NCBI RefSeq assembly: GCF_028368995.1
Contig: NZ_JAQNDL010000003.1
Location: 1,376,001 to 1,440,000, forward strand
DNA from: Nannocystis bainbridge
GTDB taxonomy: Bacteria; Myxococcota_A; Polyangia; Nannocystales; Nannocystaceae
Direction of reading: 5' to 3'
DNA: 64,000 nt
Position 1 is the stretch's first letter; each line of letters begins with the position of its first letter. The notes under the pieces were generated by a model. The model ran no database searches. It saw only the letters and a list, made by a program, of their open reading frames with translations, and was not told the origin of the DNA. The position numbers were made by a program, and so were the translations under genes. Below are positions 28,741-37,851 of this stretch, piece after piece.

Positions 28741-29886
28741 ATGCTTGCACCAATGCTTGCGCGAATTAGCATTTCAGGCGGGACAATGTGGGCAATGGTC
28801 GCGGCGCTGGCTGGCTGCGGCGGCGTCGGGGCGACCTCCGGGACCGACACCGGCACCGGCAGCACCACCGACATTCCCGGGATCACGAGCGTCACCAGCA
28901 CCACCGAGACCGGCCCGACCACCACCGCCGGTACGACCACCGACGACGCCGTCAAGTTCGACATCGGCGGCCCCGGCACTGACACCGACAACGACACCAG
29001 CGTCTGTGCCGACGCCGACATCAAGTTCGAGCCGCAGATCCCCACCGTCCTGCTGCTCATCGATCAGTCCGGCAGCATGACCACCCAGTTCGGCGACACC
29101 GACCGCTGGGAGGCCGTCTACAACGCCTTGCTCGACGAGCAGGACGGCCTCGTGCCCCAGCTCGAGGGCCAGGTCCGCTTCGGCATGGCGCTCTACACCA
29201 GCTTCGAGGGCGACCAGGGCGGCCGCGAGTGTCCCGTCATCACCGAGACCGCGCCCGCGCTCGACAACTACCAGGCCATCGCCGCCACCTGGGACGCCAG
29301 CCAGCCCGAGGACGAGACCCCGACCGGCGAATCGATCGCCGCCGTCACGCCGACGCTCGTCATGGATCCCACCGAGGGCAACAAGATCATCGTGCTCGCC
29401 ACCGACGGCGAGCCCGACACCTGCGCCGAGCCCAACCCGCAGAACGGCCAGGACGAGTCGGTCGACGCCGCCGCCGCCGCCTTCGCCCAGGGCGTGCGCA
29501 CCTACGTGATCAGCGTCGGCAACGAGGTCAGCGACCAGCACCTGCAGGACGTCGCCAACGCCGGCGTCGGCGTCGGCGACGGCGACCCCGACGCCCCCTT
29601 CTACAAGGCCGACGACGCCCAGGCCCTCGCGGACGCGTTCGCCGACATCGTCGACGGCGTCCGCGACTGCAAGCTCAACCTCGACGGCACCGTCTCCGAG
29701 GGCGGCGAGGATCAGTGCACCGTCTACGTCAACGGCGAGGTCGTGCCCTTCGGCGACGACGACGGCTGGCAGCTCAACAACCCCGGCGAGGTCGAGCTCG
29801 TCGGCGACGCCTGCGACGCCATCCAAAACGGCGAGGTCCAGGTCTCGATCAAGTGCGCCTGCGGCGTGGTCGTCCCGGTCGGCTGA
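28741..29886 (+). CDS. vWA-domain lipoprotein
   Basis: LAGC lipobox, MIDAS LLIDQSGSM, TPTG, LATDGEP. Confidence 0.85.
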   Translation: MLAPMLARISISGGTMWAMVAALAGCGGVGATSGTDTGTGSTTDIPGITSVTSTTETGPTTTAGTTTDDAVKFDIGGPGTDTDNDTSVCADADIKFEPQIPTVLLLIDQSGSMTTQFGDTDRWEAVYNALLDEQDGLVPQLEGQVRFGMALYTSFEGDQGGRECPVITETAPALDNYQAIAATWDASQPEDETPTGESIAAVTPTLVMDPTEGNKIIVLATDGEPDTCAEPNPQNGQDESVDAAAAAFAQGVRTYVISVGNEVSDQHLQDVANAGVGVGDGDPDAPFYKADDAQALADAFADIVDGVRDCKLNLDGTVSEGGEDQCTVYVNGEVVPFGDDDGWQLNNPGEVELVGDACDAIQNGEVQVSIKCACGVVVPVG

Positions 29887-30001
29887 GCGAGGACCTTCGT
29901 CTCGCCATCAAAGCACTCTCGGCCGCGGGGACACCGGTCCCCGGCCGAACGAGTCCTCGAGCTGCCTCCGGTGTGAGACCCTCGCCCGCGCACCTCGGCG
30001 C

Positions 30002-30148
30002 TCACCGGGGTGCCACGAAGTCCTTGAGCGTCACGCGGCGCTCCTCGCGGCCGCGGTGGAGCTTCGTCGAGCGCTGGGCCCGGTCGCTGATCGCACCGTA
30101 GAGCCCGAAGGCAACGAACAGCAGGAGCAACAGGACAAGCGGGGTCAT
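30002..30148 (-). CDS. Small single-pass membrane protein (48 aa)
   Basis: GAGGAGG RBS upstream of ATG; MTPLVLLLLLFVAFGLYG followed by a basic tail. Confidence 0.55.
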   Translation of the reverse strand: MTPLVLLLLLFVAFGLYGAISDRAQRSTKLHRGREERRVTLKDFVAPR

Positions 30149-30363
30149 CGCGTGCGCCCTCCTCTTGTCTCGAGCGTGGGACCGATCGACCGCTCGCGCC
30201 CCCGAAATCGCGACGACGCTCCTCCAGACCCCGCTGTTCGCCTGCCCACCGTCGCGTCTGCCGGCCCCGCCCCGCCCGCCGCGGCGCGCCCCGCCGGCGG
30301 CCTCTGCTGCAGTTTCGCCTCGCTCCGTCTTGGCGGCCGCCGCGCGCTGTATGCTGAGCACGC

Positions 30364-31974
30364 ATGTCTGACCGCCCTGTGCGTCACCCCTGGTCGAAGC
30401 ACCTCCCGTCCGGCTTCGCCGCGCCTGCTCTTTGGGACAGCATCGTCATCGGCTCCGGCATGGGCGGCATGACCTGCGCCGCCATGCTCGCCGCGCTCGG
30501 CCAGCGCGTCCTCGTGCTCGAGCAGCACTACGTCCCCGGCGGCTTCACGCACAGCTTCAAGCGCGGCAAGTATCACTGGGACGTCGGCGTGCACGCCGTC
30601 GGCGAGGTCACCGAGCGCAGCATGCCCGGGCGGCTGCTCGCCGGGCTCACCGGGCGGCGGCTGCAGTGGGCCTCGCTGGGCCCGGTCTACGACGCCTTCG
30701 TGTTCCCCGACGGCCTCCAGCTCGGCTTCCCCGACAACCCCCAGGCCTTCCGCGCCCTGCTCCACGACACCTTCCCCGACGGCCACACCGCCATCGACGC
30801 CTACTTCGCGCGCGTCCGCGAGGTCTCGGCGGCCATGCGCTCCTACTACCTCGCCCGCCTCGCCCCGCCCTCTGCACATGTCCTCACGGACATGTTCACG
30901 AAGACAGCCCGCCGCGCCTTCGGCGAGACCGCCAAGCACGCCCTCGACCGCCTCACCGACGACACCCGCCTCAAGACCGTGCTCGCCGCCCAGTGGGGCT
31001 ATCACGGCGCCACCCCGAGCCGCGCCTCGCTGGCGATCCAGGCCCTCGTCACCAAGCATTTCCAGTGGGGCGGCTACTATCCGGTCGGCGGCTCGTCCAC
31101 GATCGCCCAGGAGCTGCTGCAGACCGTCGCCGACGCCGGCGGCTACACGCGGATCTCCGCCGACGTCGCCCAGATCGTGCTCGAGAACGGCGCGGCAGTC
31201 GGGGTGCGCATGCGCGACGGCGAGGAGATCCGCGCACGCCGGGTGATCAGCGCGGCAGGGGTGTCGTCGACGGTGCAGCGGCTGCTCCCGCGCGAGGTCG
31301 CCGACACGCGCTGGGCCGCCAGCGTGCGCGCGCTGCCGCCGGCGCCGGCCCACGTCTGCCTGTACCTCGGCTTCAAGGGCGACATCCGCTCGGCCGGCGC
31401 GGGTGCCTACAATCAATGGTACTATGATACGTGGGACACCGAGCTCGACGCCTGGGACATCGCCGACCCCGAGCGCATCGCCGACGCCCCCGTGCTCTAC
31501 TGCAGCTTCCCCTCGCTCAAGGACCCCGCCTACGACCCCGGCCCCGAGCAGCGCCACACCGGCGAGGTCGTCACATTCGTCCCCTGGGACCGCTTCTCCG
31601 GCTGGCTCGGCACCCGCTGGAAGCGCCGCGGCGACGACTACGATTCTTTTAAAAAGGTCCTGCAGGATCGGCTGCTCGAGCAGTTCCTCAAGAAACTCCC
31701 CGGGCTGCGATCGATGGTCGACCACGTCGAGCTCTCGACCCCGCTGTCGACCGACACCTTCGTGCGACCGATGGGCGGCTCGATCTACGGCATCCTCCCG
31801 ACCCCCGAGCGGTTCGCCAACCCGTACCTGCGACCGCGCAGCAAGATCGCCGGGCTCTTCTTCGCCGGCAGCGAGGTGGCCACCGTCGGGGTCATCGGCG
31901 CGATGATGGGCGGGGCCCTCGCCGCCGCCGCCGTCGACCCGGTCGGCGCCGCCCGCATGCTCCGCGGCCTCTGA
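30364..31974 (+). CDS. Phytoene-desaturase-family FAD oxidoreductase (retinol saturase-like)
   Basis: IVIGSGMGG, LEQHYVPGGFTH, WDVGVH, QWG, YYPVGG, ELSTPLS, GSIYG. Confidence 0.82.
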   Translation: MSDRPVRHPWSKHLPSGFAAPALWDSIVIGSGMGGMTCAAMLAALGQRVLVLEQHYVPGGFTHSFKRGKYHWDVGVHAVGEVTERSMPGRLLAGLTGRRLQWASLGPVYDAFVFPDGLQLGFPDNPQAFRALLHDTFPDGHTAIDAYFARVREVSAAMRSYYLARLAPPSAHVLTDMFTKTARRAFGETAKHALDRLTDDTRLKTVLAAQWGYHGATPSRASLAIQALVTKHFQWGGYYPVGGSSTIAQELLQTVADAGGYTRISADVAQIVLENGAAVGVRMRDGEEIRARRVISAAGVSSTVQRLLPREVADTRWAASVRALPPAPAHVCLYLGFKGDIRSAGAGAYNQWYYDTWDTELDAWDIADPERIADAPVLYCSFPSLKDPAYDPGPEQRHTGEVVTFVPWDRFSGWLGTRWKRRGDDYDSFKKVLQDRLLEQFLKKLPGLRSMVDHVELSTPLSTDTFVRPMGGSIYGILPTPERFANPYLRPRSKIAGLFFAGSEVATVGVIGAMMGGALAAAAVDPVGAARMLRGL

Positions 31975-31979
31975 TCCGC

Positions 31980-32870
31980 ATGCGCCCGGCCTCCGCCCGC
32001 CTCGGCCTGCTCGTCCTGGTGATGGCCTGTGCGCCAGAGCCGGCGCCGCCCGCTGCGGGCACACATGTCCCAGGGGACAGGTCCGAGAAGCTTCCTCACG
32101 CCCGCGGACCTGTCCCCGACGACATATCATCTGTCCCTAGAGACAGCCACGTCACCCCGCCGACGACGCTCGCACGCAACCCCGGAGACGCCCCACCCGA
32201 GGCGACCGAAGAATCACCCGCTCCGCCCGCCGCTCACTCTGGACCTGTCCCCGGGGACATATCATCACACCCCGAGGCCGCCCCGCCCCTCCTCACGATC
32301 GCCCCGCCGCCGGGTCTCCTCGACCTGCGCCGCGAGCTGCCCGGCGCCTGCTTCGAGGTCCGCTACGCCACCGCCGACAACTTCACCGGCGCCGTCCTCC
32401 CCGGCTACGACACCCCGGGCGCCTGGCTACGCCCTCGTCCGGCCCGGGCCCTCGCCCGCGTCCAGGCCGCGCTCGCCGGCGACGGCCTCACCCTGCTCGT
32501 CCACGACGCGTATCGCCCCGTGCGGGCCAGCCTCGCCATGGTCGCCTGGGCCGAGCGCAGCGGCAGGCGGCAGCTCGTCGACGACGGCTACATCGCCCGG
32601 CGCTCCGGTCACAACCGCGGCGACACCGTCGACCTCACCCTCGCGCGCGCGGGCACCTGCGAGCCGCTCGACATGGGCACCGCCTGGGACCACTTCGGAC
32701 CCGACAGCCGCTATTCGCGGGCCGACGGCGACGCCCTCGCACATCGCCGACGACTGCGCCGCGCCATGCAAGCAGCAGGCTTCACCCCGTACGACCAGGA
32801 ATGGTGGCACTTCACCTTCCGCGACCCGGACGCCGCCCCGCTCGACATCCCCTACGCCGCGGCCCCCTGA
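31980..32870 (+). CDS. M15 D-Ala-D-Ala (di)peptidase lipoprotein (VanX/DdpX family)
   Basis: YATADNFTG, DAYRP, SGHNRGDTVD, EWWHF; VMAC lipobox. Confidence 0.88.
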   Translation: MRPASARLGLLVLVMACAPEPAPPAAGTHVPGDRSEKLPHARGPVPDDISSVPRDSHVTPPTTLARNPGDAPPEATEESPAPPAAHSGPVPGDISSHPEAAPPLLTIAPPPGLLDLRRELPGACFEVRYATADNFTGAVLPGYDTPGAWLRPRPARALARVQAALAGDGLTLLVHDAYRPVRASLAMVAWAERSGRRQLVDDGYIARRSGHNRGDTVDLTLARAGTCEPLDMGTAWDHFGPDSRYSRADGDALAHRRRLRRAMQAAGFTPYDQEWWHFTFRDPDAAPLDIPYAAAP

Positions 32871-33049
32871 GCTCTCGTCCCATGCCGCAGCGCTGCCCGA
32901 TCTCCGCCAAAACCTCACCGCCCATCCTTCCCTACCTCCACGCGATCCACGAAGAACCGCGTTCCCACGGCTCCTCCGCGCCACGCTCTGCCTTGGCCGC
33001 GGTTTGACAGCCACCGCCCGCGCTGGGAGCATCGCCGCCGGAGGTACGA

Positions 33050-33475
33050 ATGCGCCCACTGCTGTCTGTTTCCCTGCCCGCGCTCGCGCTCGCGGGCGTC
33101 GCCCTCACCGCCACCGAGGCCCACGCCAAGGGCCTCGTCCTTATCACCACCGGCGAGAGCGTCCTGCATTATGACGACCTCACCGGCGAGGCCAAGGCCT
33201 TCGCCGCCGAGACCACCGGCCACGAGGTCCAGGTCGGCTATCTCTACAGTCACTTCGGCGTGTTCTGGCTCGACCTGTGGACCTGGGACGGCAAGTACTG
33301 TCTCTACCAGGGCGACAACGTGTGGGAGCTGACCCCGGACGACGCCGCCGGCCTGCTCGGCGTCAAGGTCGACGAGCTCGGCAAGCCGCTGCTCTACCAC
33401 GCCCCGCTGGGTCTCCTGATCTTGCTCGGCCTCGGCGTCGGCCTCGGCCTGTTCTACCGCTTCAGCCGCGATTGA
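33050..33475 (+). CDS. Hypothetical exported/membrane protein
   Basis: Signal ending AHA, FGVFWLDLWTWDGKY, C-terminal TM. Confidence 0.7.
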   Translation: MRPLLSVSLPALALAGVALTATEAHAKGLVLITTGESVLHYDDLTGEAKAFAAETTGHEVQVGYLYSHFGVFWLDLWTWDGKYCLYQGDNVWELTPDDAAGLLGVKVDELGKPLLYHAPLGLLILLGLGVGLGLFYRFSRD

Positions 33476-33526
33476 TCGTACCACCCGGGCTCGCCGCACC
33501 GCCGGCGAGCCCGCCTGCGATCCCGG

Positions 33527-34717
33527 TCAGAGCTTGGCCCGGATCGATCGCACCAGGTGCCACAAGATGGCGTAGGCCGCGAGCGTGACGGCGAGCCCGC
33601 CGATGCCCGAGCTCAGGTGGATGTAGATGTCGCCGAGCGGATCCGGCAGCGAGAAGCCGCCGCCCGTCGGGAACGACACGTGCCACGCCCCGCCGTCGAC
33701 GCGAGTCAGCTGCGCCTTCATCCCGCGCACGATCTCGTTCGTCATCTGCAGCAGCCACCCCAGCCACCACACCAGCACCAGCAGACCCGCGCCGGTGCCG
33801 ACCACCGCCTTGTGGGCCCCGCGGACCACCAGCGGCGGCATGAAGAAGTTGAGCCCCGGGACCAGCCAGCCGGCCACCGCCATGCCCGGGCCGAACGGCG
33901 TGCCCAGGCGATTCGCGGCGTACACCCGATACAGGAACACCAGCAGCGCGACGCCGATCACCAGCGAGAGCAGCGTGTAGAGCGGCCCGACCACCTGCCA
34001 CAGGCGAAAGCCCAGCGCCGGCACCGTGTACGCCAGCGCGAACATCACCAGCGGCAGACCGAAGCGCACCAGCAGCAGCAGCTCGAGCAGCCCGCCGTGC
34101 TTCGGCCCCTTCTTCTCGGGCGGGCGCCGGATCGTCGACCGCCCCACGCCCGAGCGCCCCGTCCCCGTCGCCATGAACGCCGCCGCCGTCACCGGCTCGA
34201 GGCTGCCCTCGAGGCCTGCCAGCGAGACCTCGAGGATCTTCTCGAGCTGGGCCTTGAACGCCGGCAGGTCGAGGCCCTCGTGGAACCCGTAGTTGCTGCG
34301 GCTGCCGTCGGGCCGCGTCTCGGCCAGCACGGCCTCCTTCACGTGCACCGTGCCGGTGCCGAGATCGGCGCAGCGCTCGTAGAAGAACACGCTCGGCTCC
34401 CCGGCCTTGCGCACCAGCGCCAGGAACATCGCCTCGTTGGCATTGAGCGCCGGCGGCATCGAGATCACCACGACCTCGACGGCGCCCGACTTCACGTGAC
34501 CGACGACGTCGAGCTTCGCCATCTCGCGCCCACCCGGGGCCAGGCCGACGTGGGGCAGCGCCTCGACCATCCCCTTGCCCGACTCGGTCCACAGGAAGAA
34601 CAGGAACGCCTCGCGCTTCGGCCCCGTCAGCTCCTCGAACATGCGGTCAGGCGCGCGGAACGTCTCCGCGGGGATGACTTTCTTGGCGAACGACAAGTGA
34701 TGCTGGCGTGCGGACAT
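33527..34717 (-). CDS. Hypothetical protein: soluble N-domain plus DUF4328-like membrane domain
   Basis: FLYRVYAAN, PGMAVAGWLVPGLNFFMP, LVWW. Confidence 0.65.
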   Translation of the reverse strand: MSARQHHLSFAKKVIPAETFRAPDRMFEELTGPKREAFLFFLWTESGKGMVEALPHVGLAPGGREMAKLDVVGHVKSGAVEVVVISMPPALNANEAMFLALVRKAGEPSVFFYERCADLGTGTVHVKEAVLAETRPDGSRSNYGFHEGLDLPAFKAQLEKILEVSLAGLEGSLEPVTAAAFMATGTGRSGVGRSTIRRPPEKKGPKHGGLLELLLLVRFGLPLVMFALAYTVPALGFRLWQVVGPLYTLLSLVIGVALLVFLYRVYAANRLGTPFGPGMAVAGWLVPGLNFFMPPLVVRGAHKAVVGTGAGLLVLVWWLGWLLQMTNEIVRGMKAQLTRVDGGAWHVSFPTGGGFSLPDPLGDIYIHLSSGIGGLAVTLAAYAILWHLVRSIRAKL

Positions 34718-34725
34718 GAGAGCTC

Positions 34726-36039
34726 TCAGGGCTGGGCGATGGCGGCGAGGGCCGCAGAAAAGTCTTCACGGCAGATCGAGTGGAACTCGAGCGGCCCGAG
34801 GCTGGCGCCGACCTCGAGCATGCGCACCGGCGGACGGGCGGTCATCGGATAATCGGGATCTATCGCGTTCGGCAGCACGCAACCAGGGCCGATGCCGAAC
34901 AGATCCTGGACCTCGGGATCGGGGTCGTCCTCGAACACCAGCGCCGCGTCACCGGACTCGAAGCCTGGCGGCACCCCGGCGATCGCCAGCAGCCGCACCC
35001 GCGCCCCGCCGGTCTTGCTCGCCTGAATGTCGGCCAGAAAATTCGAGTAGCGCGCCACCGGCCACAGCACCGCCGCGTCGGGATCCTTGGTGGGCGCACC
35101 ATCGATGTCATGGTCAGCCGCAGGGCACGCCGAGTACGTCGGCCCGGCGCCCACGCAATCGACCCCCGCGTTGAAGCACACCGCGCTGGTCCCGTCCGGT
35201 CGCTCGGGGTCCTCCCAGAAGGTCTTGTTGGTGGTGAAGATCTCGCCGAATCTCGGGTTGGCGCTGCAATCGACCTCGTCGGTCACGATCACCACCACCA
35301 GGTCGGCCTCCGGCCGCAAAAACCCGTACTCCGGCTCGTTCGCGTCCATCGACCGCGCCAGCGCCAGGTACATGCTCTCGAGCTGCGACTCGAACCCGCA
35401 GCCGTTCACCCCCCGCGGCAGCGCACACCGCAGCGCCTGCACCAGGCTCAGGCCCGCGTCCGCGAGGTTGGTGACGCCGCCGGTGCGCTCGAACCACGGC
35501 CGCACCGCCGGCTCGTCGTCGAGCGCCGTCGGCGTCGGCGCGATGCCGATCGACGCGACCTCACAGATGTCGGCGCACGCGTACGCATAATCGTCCATGT
35601 TGAACGAGAACTCGCCGTCCTCGATCCTCTCGAGGCAGCTCCGCGTCGCCATCGCCCCGCGCTCCGGCGTCGTCTGGGCCTCCGGGCAGCGCGGATTGCC
35701 GACGTCGGTGGTGGTGATGCCGATCCGCAGGTCGCGCTCCGTGTCGAGCAACGCGTCGATGTTCTTGGCCAGCAGCGCCTGCTCGTCGGCCATCGACCCG
35801 GTGTTGTCGATCACGAACAGCACGTCGATCGGATTGGTCCCCGACGGTCCGCCGGTCGGCGTGTCCTCGGTCGTCGTGCCCGCCGTCGGCTCGTCACCCG
35901 AGTCGTCGGGCTCGCCCGAGGGCCCGTACGACGGATCGTTCGTCGGCCCGGCGCTGACCGTCAGCTCGTCGAGGATGCTGCCCTTGCCGCCGCAGCCGGC
36001 CAGCGCCAGCGCGACGCACCACGTCACTCTCGTTCGCAC
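34726..36039 (-). CDS. Myxobacterial vWA-like lipoprotein
   Basis: LAGC, DVLFVIDNTGSMADEQ, GCGFESQLE, FLRPEA, VTDEVDCS. Confidence 0.8.
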   Translation of the reverse strand: MRTRVTWCVALALAGCGGKGSILDELTVSAGPTNDPSYGPSGEPDDSGDEPTAGTTTEDTPTGGPSGTNPIDVLFVIDNTGSMADEQALLAKNIDALLDTERDLRIGITTTDVGNPRCPEAQTTPERGAMATRSCLERIEDGEFSFNMDDYAYACADICEVASIGIAPTPTALDDEPAVRPWFERTGGVTNLADAGLSLVQALRCALPRGVNGCGFESQLESMYLALARSMDANEPEYGFLRPEADLVVVIVTDEVDCSANPRFGEIFTTNKTFWEDPERPDGTSAVCFNAGVDCVGAGPTYSACPAADHDIDGAPTKDPDAAVLWPVARYSNFLADIQASKTGGARVRLLAIAGVPPGFESGDAALVFEDDPDPEVQDLFGIGPGCVLPNAIDPDYPMTARPPVRMLEVGASLGPLEFHSICREDFSAALAAIAQP

Positions 36040-36104
36040 GCCGGGACTCTACCAAGCTTCGCGCAGCTCGAAGGCGCGAAACCGCGCCCTCGCTCGCATC
36101 GCCG

Positions 36105-37838
36105 TCATTGCCCCGTCAGCGCCTTGACCGGCGTTCCGGCGATGCGCTGGCGATATTCGGCGTAGCCCTGCATCAGCGACCGGTACAGCAGGGCGCCCAC
36201 CACCTTGTGCCCGTGATGCGTCAGGTGTGAAAGATCGCCGGCGCCGAGGGCCGGCGACGAGCGGACCCACCGGCCCATCGAGCCTGCCCCGCCCATCGCC
36301 TCGTACGTGTCGAAGAAGGCGCAGCCCTCCGCCTGGGCCACCTCGCGCTGGGCCTGGACCAGCTTCGTCACGATCGGCCGCGTCACGATCTTGCCCGAGC
36401 CGTCGCGTTCGCCGTGATCGAGCGGCGCCATCACCAGGCACGGCAGCGTCGGGTCGGCCTTGCGGAACAGCTGGATCACCGCCGCGTACTCGGCCTTGTA
36501 CTTCTCCATCGTCCCCTGCGTGTTCATGTCGTTGCCGCCGAACATGAGCACCAGCAGGTCTGGGTCGCGGCGGGCGATCTGGCGCTGCAGGTGGTCCGCG
36601 TCGAAGTTGAGGATCCGGCGGGTCAGCGCGCCGATCTGGCTCATCTCGTCGTAGACCACCCCGGGCCCCGAGCGCTCCATCGCCACCCCGTACGCGCGCA
36701 CCTTGCCGCCGCCGGCCGCGCGGACCGACAGCGTGTGTTCGCCGTCGTCGGTCTCGATCACGTGCCAGCGGTCCTCGAGCTGCTCGGCCGCCGTCTCGAG
36801 CTCGACCGGCTCCTGCTCGTCGAGCTTCAGCCGCAGCTTGCCGCCCTTCGGCATGCCTGCGTACCACACCTCGTAGCGGGCCACCTTGCGGCCCATCGGC
36901 CCCTTCTGCGCCGTCGACAGCCGGATCTCCGCCCCGCCGGCCGACTCGAAGGTCGTCCCGCCGACCCCGTAATAGCCGTCCTTCTTGCAGTCGAAGATGA
37001 TGAAGCAATGTTGCCACGGGCTGCGCTCGTCGAAGCGCACCCCTTGATGGCGGTAGCTCGCGTTGGGCTGGCCGAGCAGGTGGAACCCGTGGCCGGCGTC
37101 GCCGAAGCGGGCCTGCAGCTTGCTGCGGATCGCCCCCGTGATCCCGTCGTTGCCGATCGCCGAATCACCGTAGTGCATCGCCCGCGTGATCGCCCCCGGC
37201 AGGCCGAGGTGTGTGCGAGTCAGCGCCGCGTAGAAGCGGTCGAGCGCCTCGGGCCGCTCGAGCGGCATCTCGACCGGCGTCGCGTCTTCGGGGTCGACGG
37301 CCAGCGGCGGCACCTTCTCGTCCTCCTCGACCGGCGCCGCGCGGACCTCGACCTCTTTGAACTCCTCGACCTCCGCCTTCTCCGCCTCCGCGCGCGCGAC
37401 CGCCACCGCCTCCTTGACCTCCGCGTCGGCGACCTCGGCCTTCTGGCCCATCCCCAGCAGCTCGCGGCCGATCAGGTTCCAGAACGGCACATAGCGGTAC
37501 TGGCCCGTGTCCGCCTCGGTCTCGAGCGTCCACGGCCGCACCAGGTGCAGGCACTGCAGCGGCGCCGCACCGCCGACCTCGGCCTCCGCCGCCACGCAGC
37601 TCGTCAGCGCCGCCGCCACCTCGGTCCCCGGCGACGTCGCCACCGTCGGCGCCGGCACCACGTAGGTCGCGCCCATCGCCAGCGCCACCCCGAACATCGC
37701 CCCGATCACCTTGCGGAACGTGCCCGGCGGATAGCTGACGCCGGCCTCGTCGTCGCGCATCAGGTCGACCGCGACCTTGCGCTCCTCGCCGTCGAGCAGC
37801 CCCTCGTGTTCGTCCGCCGCCATGGCCCTGCTGGTCAT
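36105..37838 (-). CDS. SGNH/GDSL O-acetyltransferase/esterase (PatB/Ape-like partner of MBOAT)
   Basis: HYGDS, FGDAGHG, FGGND, DLSH; coupled to MBOAT gene. Confidence 0.78.
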   Translation of the reverse strand: MTSRAMAADEHEGLLDGEERKVAVDLMRDDEAGVSYPPGTFRKVIGAMFGVALAMGATYVVPAPTVATSPGTEVAAALTSCVAAEAEVGGAAPLQCLHLVRPWTLETEADTGQYRYVPFWNLIGRELLGMGQKAEVADAEVKEAVAVARAEAEKAEVEEFKEVEVRAAPVEEDEKVPPLAVDPEDATPVEMPLERPEALDRFYAALTRTHLGLPGAITRAMHYGDSAIGNDGITGAIRSKLQARFGDAGHGFHLLGQPNASYRHQGVRFDERSPWQHCFIIFDCKKDGYYGVGGTTFESAGGAEIRLSTAQKGPMGRKVARYEVWYAGMPKGGKLRLKLDEQEPVELETAAEQLEDRWHVIETDDGEHTLSVRAAGGGKVRAYGVAMERSGPGVVYDEMSQIGALTRRILNFDADHLQRQIARRDPDLLVLMFGGNDMNTQGTMEKYKAEYAAVIQLFRKADPTLPCLVMAPLDHGERDGSGKIVTRPIVTKLVQAQREVAQAEGCAFFDTYEAMGGAGSMGRWVRSSPALGAGDLSHLTHHGHKVVGALLYRSLMQGYAEYRQRIAGTPVKALTGQ

Positions 37839-37851
37839 CGGTCGTCGTCTC

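Noticed and set aside
31980-32870. vanX glycopeptide resistance
   Set aside because: No vanHA/vanRS; lipoprotein M15 peptidases are common housekeeping enzymes.
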